Source: Paramecium tetraurelia (taxonomy: Eukaryota). From it: a stretch of 64,000 bases of DNA. Under the pieces are notes generated by a model, which did no database searches, was not told the DNA's origin, and was given only the letters and a program-made list of their open reading frames with translations. The position numbers and the translations under genes were made by a program. Below, one piece after another: positions 55,821 to 64,000 of this stretch; positions within the stretch are counted from its first letter, which is position 1; every line of letters starts with the position of its first letter. Location: positions 1 through 64,000 of the forward strand of contig CT868507.1 of assembly GCA_000165425.1 (NCBI GenBank). Direction: 5' to 3'.

Positions 55821-57228
55821 TAAAATTAATAAATTTATTTTTTTTGAATTTTACAGTTAAAATATAATTTTAAGGAAGTTATGAATAATTTTTGAGATTT
55901 TTTATTATTTAAATTTTTATCAATCTTATTTCTAACTACCATTTAATTTCTTATGATGTTTTTTTTATCTTATCAGTATTATTTTCAATATTTTCTAAAC
56001 TTACTGTTTTCGAAATTTTCACTTATTTTTATATTATTTTTTAATTCAAAATATTCTTTATGATATTTAATGATAAAATCAACTTTAATTGTTTAGTTAA
56101 AGTAAAGCATTTAATTACATTTTATAAAACGATTGAGTTATTAGAGAAATAATTATCTTAAATTTATGGACATATGTTTAAATTCATATTATTGATAATA
56201 AATTATATTAATATAAAATAGGAATATATATGATTTTAAATAAATTATTTTTTTTTTTAAATTCCTTTTTTATGTAAAGTTGATTAGATAGGTTTTAAAT
56301 AATACTTTTACTCTTGCCAAATTATGAATATTTTCTAAAATCATTGAAATTTGTAATAGTATAATTCAATTAAGAAGAATAGTTGATTATGTTTTCAATT
56401 CATAAAAATTTTGGGGGGACTTTCGTTTTACTTTTTTCTTATGAAAGATCTCATGTAAAACTATTTTTGGAGTTTTTTTTAAAAAGTATTTTAGATATAT
56501 TTTTAAGAGAAAGAAAAGTTTAATTGGGTTTTTATAAATTAAATTGAAATCAACTCTGGTTAATTTTGCTATCTTGTTAATAAAATCTTTACTCATGCTA
56601 AGTATTTGATTTGATAAGTTTGAAATTATTAGTACATCATTTTAGGAGAATCAACAGGATTAGATGGTTTAATATTTTAATTTAAAACTAATGCATATTA
56701 AATGTAAATAATAACAAAAGCTAATAAAATATAGAAGTAATATTTCTAAAATTATTGAATGTATTACTTTTACAACGCGATTATACAATCACAATTTTCT
56801 AAGATATAGGATGTCATTTTGAAATTTCAATATTAGAATCTGTGTTTTAATAGTGCTTAGTTTATATTAAAAAAGTTTTGTTAATGTAATTAAATCCAAC
56901 AATTATTGTATTTTAATTATTTCTTTGATCAGAATAAGAATTAGATTAATCATTATATCAATTATAATAAAAAATGTTTTTTTTTCTTTAAATGTTTGAC
57001 TATCCTTTCACAAAAGACACTGGAAAGTGAGCTTTTTATTAAGCAAATAATTTCATACAAGATTAATTATGAAAATTAACTGTTATTCTGACTCTAATTT
57101 AAATTGTTAGATCTGTTAGTAAAGAATAGGATGGGAACAGAAAAACATTAGAAAAGATGTTTTCTCAATCAGATCAGAATCAATTAAATAATAAAAAATC
57201 TTATAAAATGTTAAATTTAATTTATTTC

Positions 57229-60200
57229 TCAAGGGGATTAACGTTTATCATCATATCTAACACTTTCAAAGGTTCTTTAATCATGATCCACCGGAAATAC
57301 TTTTGCTCCATTACTTTATGGTGCTATCATATTTTCTTAATTGCTCTATTGATGAGCTGGTAAGAGATTTTATTTCTCTTGGTTTATAAATGGAATTTCT
57401 TGAATTGAGGGTGGAGGAGTAGGCAATTTATATATTCCTGGATTATTACGAACTAATTTCATAAGATACCTTCTTATCATTTAAAATCTATTTTTAACTC
57501 TTTTCTGCTGTTGTCCGCGGTTAGTCAACAGCCTTTTGAAGATCCAATTTGAATTTATAAGACGAGGGTATTTTTTATTGATCATATCTCTAACCTTATC
57601 AATATTCTCTTGTTAATCTTCAAGCTAAGCCAATACAATTTCCCAAAGAATAATTATAATGAAAACCAGGTTGAATATAATTAAAAGCATATAGAATGGC
57701 CAAACAATTTCCTAATTGTTGGACAAAGAGGATTAATAAATTGTCATTCCTATGACAATGGATGTTCCACAAATAAGAGTACTAAATTCATCAATCAAAT
57801 TTAAGAAAGGCAACTTATAAGGCCTGTAGGATCTAGTTAATACTTAATAAATAAAAACGATAATGAAGACTAAGGCTCCTTTTATAATGATCAAATCCTC
57901 ATAGAATGTTAAAAATATAATGATAAATCCTTTTTCAAGTATTTTGACAATTTCCCAAAAATAAGCTTCTGTTTAGTATTCGTTGTACAAATATCCCCAA
58001 TTTTTTCTGGTGTTTTCTTTATCTAAATGATGTCTTTGTTTATATAAACTGATGAACATGAATGCTGGAATAAAAAAGGCAAGAGTTAAAGTAGAAGGCA
58101 ATATAAAAGTTAAAATCCAGTTGAAATGGGTTTAAGTATCGTACCTATAAGCTACATTGCCTTGAATCCAGTATAGATTAGAAATTTGTCTAAAGGAAAG
58201 TAAGGATATAAATCCACCAATTAAAGTAGGCTATAAATAGGTGAACAAATATATTGCTGTCGTTGTTATTGCAGATTTGTTTGGTTTAGCTAACCGTATT
58301 AATATCACAACGGCATAAATTATAAGGAATGTAAAAATGTACAACATGGGCATAAATAGAGCCCATATCATTCTGAAATATATGATATTGATATCAACAA
58401 GGTTAACTAGAAAGCAATCAAGGGAAAAACTCATGGCCTCTGTTGGATTACCAACTGATCTCACTGATGATTAAAGGGCACTTGGGAGTTTAAGTTAAAA
58501 AGTTGAGACAGCTCCAATAATTTACAAATAGTTTGTCAACACCTTTATCAACACACTTCCATATCCTGCTTTTGGATCTTTACGAAAGATTTTGAGGTGA
58601 TGCATCTTAGATTACGTAATCATTTTATCTACAGTTTCTACAGTTCCCTTAACTGATAAAAAAATAGAGATCATTGTCCAAATGCTCACTAGAATAACTT
58701 TAAGTGTATTATCACCGATGTTATTGCAACTTCCGCATTTATAAGAAGTACTAACCGAATGCGCTCCTTGACCTCTAATATTATAAATATCACATTATTC
58801 ACATAATGCTCCTACGTGTGCCTATGAACATAAATCATTTCCAGGATTCCATCCTCCCACACAGTTTTCAGGTAAATTCAGACAATATTCTATTTTATCG
58901 CTGCTTTCAAAGGGTCTCCAATATTCTGGTCTTAACATGACTCTGGCTGAAGAGACTTACTACATTTTGATAGGGTCTTTGATTTAACATTAATCACCAG
59001 CTTTAACATTATACTAATCAGCATTAGAATCACATAATTTACATGTTCCAAGTCTAGTTTTATATTCTCCTCTTTGACAAGGGAAAGTTTAGAGATTGAC
59101 TCTCAATCTATAATTCGTGAAATAATCCTACAATAAATAAGGAGGTTTTTCTTCAAAGATTGGAATTTTAATTGAATTGCATGTTATTTCAAGTTATAAA
59201 TATCCTATTGAAGAATAATCAGGATCGAATGTAATTTCCATTTAATCAAGATTGTAATCCTGACTGGTTGAATTGAATAAAACTTCTGTGATGCTAGTGA
59301 AATTAGTTAAGAATTCTCCTTCTTACTTATCAATAATTTACCTCCCCCTTATAAAACATTTACTACCTTCCAAAGACTTAATCTGACTATTCTCGTCATT
59401 CAGAGGTAATATTCTAAAAGTAAAATTATATGGAATGTAAGATTAGGTTATTTCATCAAAAATTTAGTATCCCCCAATAGGCTATCCACTGGGTAACATT
59501 ATGTTATCATATTCTAAGCTTCCCATTTTATATTGCTTTACATCTATAATTTCTGTTTTATTGGTTGAATTTTTCTCAAGTATTTTTTTCTGCATGATCT
59601 TTGATCCTATCTATAAGGTCAATTAAGTTGGTTAGTTTGCTAAGTTATCACCAAAATAAGATGCTTGGTTTCCTTGGAATACGTTATTCATTTTTGATGG
59701 TGATTACATTTAAAAATCACTTAAATATAATGCGCCACCTACTTTTGCTTAATTATTTGCAAAAACTGAATCGTACACAATCAATTATGTGTCCAATTCA
59801 TAATCGAAATACAATGCTCCCGCTACAGAAGATGCTATGTTATTTGTAAATTAACAATTTGAAATTACAGAACTCAAAGCTGATATCAAAATGGCCCCAC
59901 CAAATGTAGCCTGGTTATTATCAAATAAACTTTTCTCTAGTTTAATAGTAGATATTTATTTATCAAATTCGGCTTTTTCTTAACCTAGAATTCTATTTGA
60001 TTTGAACTTTGAGAATAATTGGATTTCATTTGTTGATTTAGCTGCAATTACAAAACAACTAAAAATTCCACATTAATTATCTTTTAAAATAAAACCATTT
60101 ATATAAATTAGATTTTGATTTTATTCCTCATCAATATTTGTAAACTTCAAAACACCCTTTTAACAATTAGCACAGTTAATCTTTTAAATGTTCATATTAT

Positions 60201-63200
60201 CTAATAAAATGTAGTGATTTGCTGAAACAGAATCGATTTCAAAAATGAAATTTGGATTTGTCTTATTCTTTATAATTGCATAGAAATTGTTTAAACTAAT
60301 GATATAACGCTATTCCTAATCATAGAGGGCTTATAATGATGTTGGTTAATTAGAAGTCAGATCGCATTTATAAAATGATTCTGGAACTGTAGAAATTGGT
60401 GTATTTGGCAATGACACATCTCCTATTACTTCAGAGATATCCTTCAATTTTACGTTGATCAGCTAAACCTATGTCAGATATTCTAATAATTATCAAATCA
60501 AATATATACTTTTATTCAATTAAAGGCTAAGAATACTCCCACTGATTATTGTAATATTTTGGATCAAAACGGTATCTAATTTAATCTAGCTTGCCTCCAA
60601 AACTTCTAAAGCTCCATAATCAAAAATGTCAAAAATATTACAACTCCTTAATGTAAGATTGCCACGCTTTATTGATATTAAGTAGTTTTAAGTCTAAAGA
60701 GATATTTCTGAACTACTTAAATTTTAGATTTTCCCCAAATATTCTAGATATCCAATGTATGTATTTTTAATTGATAAATCAAACACTGTAAACTGCAAAA
60801 TCAAAGATTTGCTACTGAAAGTTACAGGGAGTTTGAGGAATGCATTCTGGAATGAAAATACATTCTATACTGTATTGTAATATATTATAATGGAATTATT
60901 GTTCCTTGAAGGTTCAATAAAAATTGTCCCCCCCTCATTTCTACTATAACTATTAGAAAAGCTATTGTTCAGTATAGATAGATGTAAATCTGACTGAGAA
61001 GCATCAATAAATAGAGTTCCTCCTTATGACTTTTCTTTCATTTATAGATTTGCTTAACTGAAATTAAAGACGCAATTCTATATCGCAATTGACCCACTTG
61101 ATTAAGTTCCAAAGTAAAATGCTCCTCCTTATAAAGCCAATGAATTATTGCTTGAGATATTTTACAAATTGATTTAATTTGCTGATAAATATCCATTCCC
61201 TCCTTTTGTCTTAATAGAAAACAGGGAATATAAGTTCTCAAAATAAACTACATCACCCTTATTGTATCCCCAAATTAATCGATCTCTCAAATATTTAAAT
61301 TGCAAATCATTCTAGTTCTAAAAAATACAATTACTCACTTTAAGAGTGTTACTAATCAAGACTAAATTAGATCCTTAATTATTAGTCAAAACATTATTAG
61401 AGAAGGTCGATTCAGCTAGAACGATGTTTGAATTCGGATTTTGTATGAGAATTGTTGATGACTATTTGAAAAGTAAATCTTCTTAGTAATTGTGATGATG
61501 GTTATTAAAGCAGATCATTTTATTCAGAGTTATTTCTTACTGTTATTCTGATATTATGCTTAGAATTGTAGGCTATTCTGCAAGTTTAGTAAGTATCATT
61601 GTATTATTTGAGAATTACACCTATTATATCATTATGGTTTCTTTTTATCGATAATTTGATCCATCTAATGACTTAATTGTGATGATAGGCAAATTAAGAA
61701 CAATCAATCCTAAAACTTGGAGTTTATCAATTTCAATAGTTTTAGTATTGAATATTTAGAGCATACTACCATATCCAATTTCAAGGCTCTACTAAATGCA
61801 AGAGAGCTGTTGATGAATTAACTAGATCTTAAATCCACTGTTTAAAGTGGCTTTTATATTCTTTAGAACTAGTTTATCTACATTATTAATTGATATTTCT
61901 GGTAGAGTGAAGGCTCGAACAATATTTAAATTCAAGATTGTCATCTAATTTACATCAAAGTATATGGAAGAATTCGAGGATGTCATTAGACTTGAGTATT
62001 GTTATAGAGTGAATTAATTTGATTCTAATGACAAGTCATCAATCTATATTCTTAGATCTTTAAAATTCTAACTCTAAATCAATTCAATGAAGACTTTGCT
62101 GCCTTGGTAAAAATTGTTTTTGAATGCAATTGTGTTTAAAGTGAGAGAGCTGATCGATATACTATCTTGATATAAAGCATCAACAACATTAGTGATTACT
62201 CTATTATCAGCACTTTCAAATGTGTTACCTTCAATAAGCATATTATTAATTGTGAATAATGGTAATTTGAATAATTTGACTTCTGCGAAGAAATCTCCGT
62301 TTTAGACAGTAATATCAGTTAGAATGACACTAAGTGCTCCATGTAATATAAATAGGGACGATTAAGTGAGTTGTTCTTGATCAGATAAAAATTATTGGAT
62401 TGTGAATTCAGATTCTCTTAGTTGGTTGGGGAATTCAGTATATAAAACAATAGAGTTTGTGTATTTGTTATTATAGGATTTAAAATTATTAGCAATAAAT
62501 TTTTGATTTCCTTAATCTGTGCCCAGGATTTGAACGAATAAGTTGGAGTTAAGGATTTAACAATTCTATATTAGGATTGTATCTATAGAATAAATTAATG
62601 TATTTTTTATTGGCTGAGTGAAATAGTATCTAATAATACCATCAATATTATTTAATTTTGAATCTGAAATTTCAAAATTCTTAATTGAAATTGAATTAGG
62701 GTTTTATAATTTGATTTGAAATTGAAGATCAACTGCATTCTTGATAGAAAATTGATCAATAAGGAAAGAGACTCCAAATACACTATTCACATTTAAGGAT
62801 AAATATTTGCTTGTAGGGATGATTTAGACGTTCTTCAGTGTAACAGTTGAAAATTCTAAAAATGATACATCACCTTCCATATGAATAGGGATGTCATTTT
62901 AAGATTAAATTATTAATTCAATGTATTTCACTGTAAATACATTCTATCTAATTTGAGACTAAATAAAAGTGTTCTTATTGATTATGCAATCTCCACTATT
63001 TGGTAATATGTTTACAATGTATCTAATTAATTTGACACTTTTAGAATTTAATTCAGTGAATAAGTAATCTGTTTCTATGTAGAAGTGACTGGAATTTGAA
63101 GAAGAAAACAAATTTTGTAAGGGTAGGTTATATTTCATAAAATATTGTCTTGCATCTTCATCAGTCTCTTAATTAAGCCTCTGTTGAAATTATGTTGTTC

Positions 63201-64000
63201 CACAATGGACTTGTTATTGGAGTTCAACAAAAAAGTAGCAATCTTTTTGGTCAGCGTTTTTGCAATTAAGTTCTTGGCCTAAACTAGGATCATTATATAA
63301 AATTCCTTAAGGAGGATCCTAAATATCTCTCTTTAAACATTATTTTGCATATCCCTTGTAAGCAGGGTTTTATTAATTGAAATAAGGATTAATTTGACTG
63401 ATTTCCTGGGGAGTAAATTCTCTACACAATTCACAAAATTGAGGGCATTGAGTGCACTTATCATTAATGACTGTTTTTATTGAATTTTAACAAGTGACAC
63501 ATTTAACTTATTCATTTTCGATGATACAACTTTCACAGGGACACTTAGGATAGCATTTTCCATTCTGTTACATTAGACCCTCAGCACATTTTAAACAAGT
63601 AACTTCATATTCGTCAATAGTAGTAGAAAGCACAAAGAGGTTAAAGTGATGCCATTCTTGTTTGGTTCTTAATTGATAACCAGGCAACAAGTCTGATTTC
63701 CATCCATCCTTGTAGAATTTATTACCATGTTCGCATTCGACACAGCCAGGCGGACATATGATGCAGTTTCCTTGCAATTTGTGTGCATAGTAAGGTTTAA
63801 AGCATTTAACACAATATTCTTGGGAGTAAACATAGTTTTGAATGCAGTATAAGCAGTATTAATCCCGGCATACTTGTTGACCTATCTCTTTTTATTCCAA
63901 TACAATAGGATTGTATGATATATTGTTATCAACAACAGAATCTCCAAACAATATGTAATAATTTTCCATAGTATCCTTTAGCTATTTTTCATGATACCCT
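57229..64000 (-). CDS. Giant surface receptor-like protein: Cys-rich repeats, pectin-lyase-like beta-helix, Cys-rich juxtamembrane region and multi-TM C-terminus; 5' part lies beyond the window
   Basis: CxxC units at 63300-64000, N/S/I-rich beta-helix repeats with FDNNQATFGGAI, PEYWRP..CLNLPENCVGG..GHVGALCEQC, then TM helices with WGYLYNEY..AYFWEIVKI. Confidence 0.85.

Noticed and set aside
56387..56596. 69-aa minus-strand ORF from the track
   Set aside because: Low-complexity K/F/L/I composition expected from AT-rich DNA; no motif.

Overview
AT-rich, gene-dense eukaryotic DNA that reads as ciliate macronuclear sequence, most likely Paramecium. TAA/TAG translate as Gln (code 6), TGA is the only stop, introns are about 20-30 nt GT..AG, and intergenic gaps are tiny. 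The supplied standard-code ORF track is therefore fragmentary, and I re-translated genes by hand, so ends are approximate where introns are ambiguous. About 28 genes or pseudogenes are present. Highlights: (1) a ~10.5 kb DNAH6-like dynein heavy chain that has lost the AAA1 Walker A/B motifs and has a shrunken stalk tip; (2) a secreted precursor made of KR-delimited 16-aa acidic repeats, resembling a Kex2-processed polyprotein; (3) a tandem pair of PHTF-like multi-TM proteins, candidate 7TM ion channels; (4) two paralogous two-TM proteins with a DEG/ENaC-like layout; (5) several apparent pseudo-enzymes (histidine kinase, protein kinase, small GTPase); (6) a 44-codon polyQ tract written almost entirely in TAA; (7) decaying pseudogenes and single-base frameshifts that may be assembly errors. 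No rRNA, tRNA, CRISPR, transposon or telomeric repeat was recognised.
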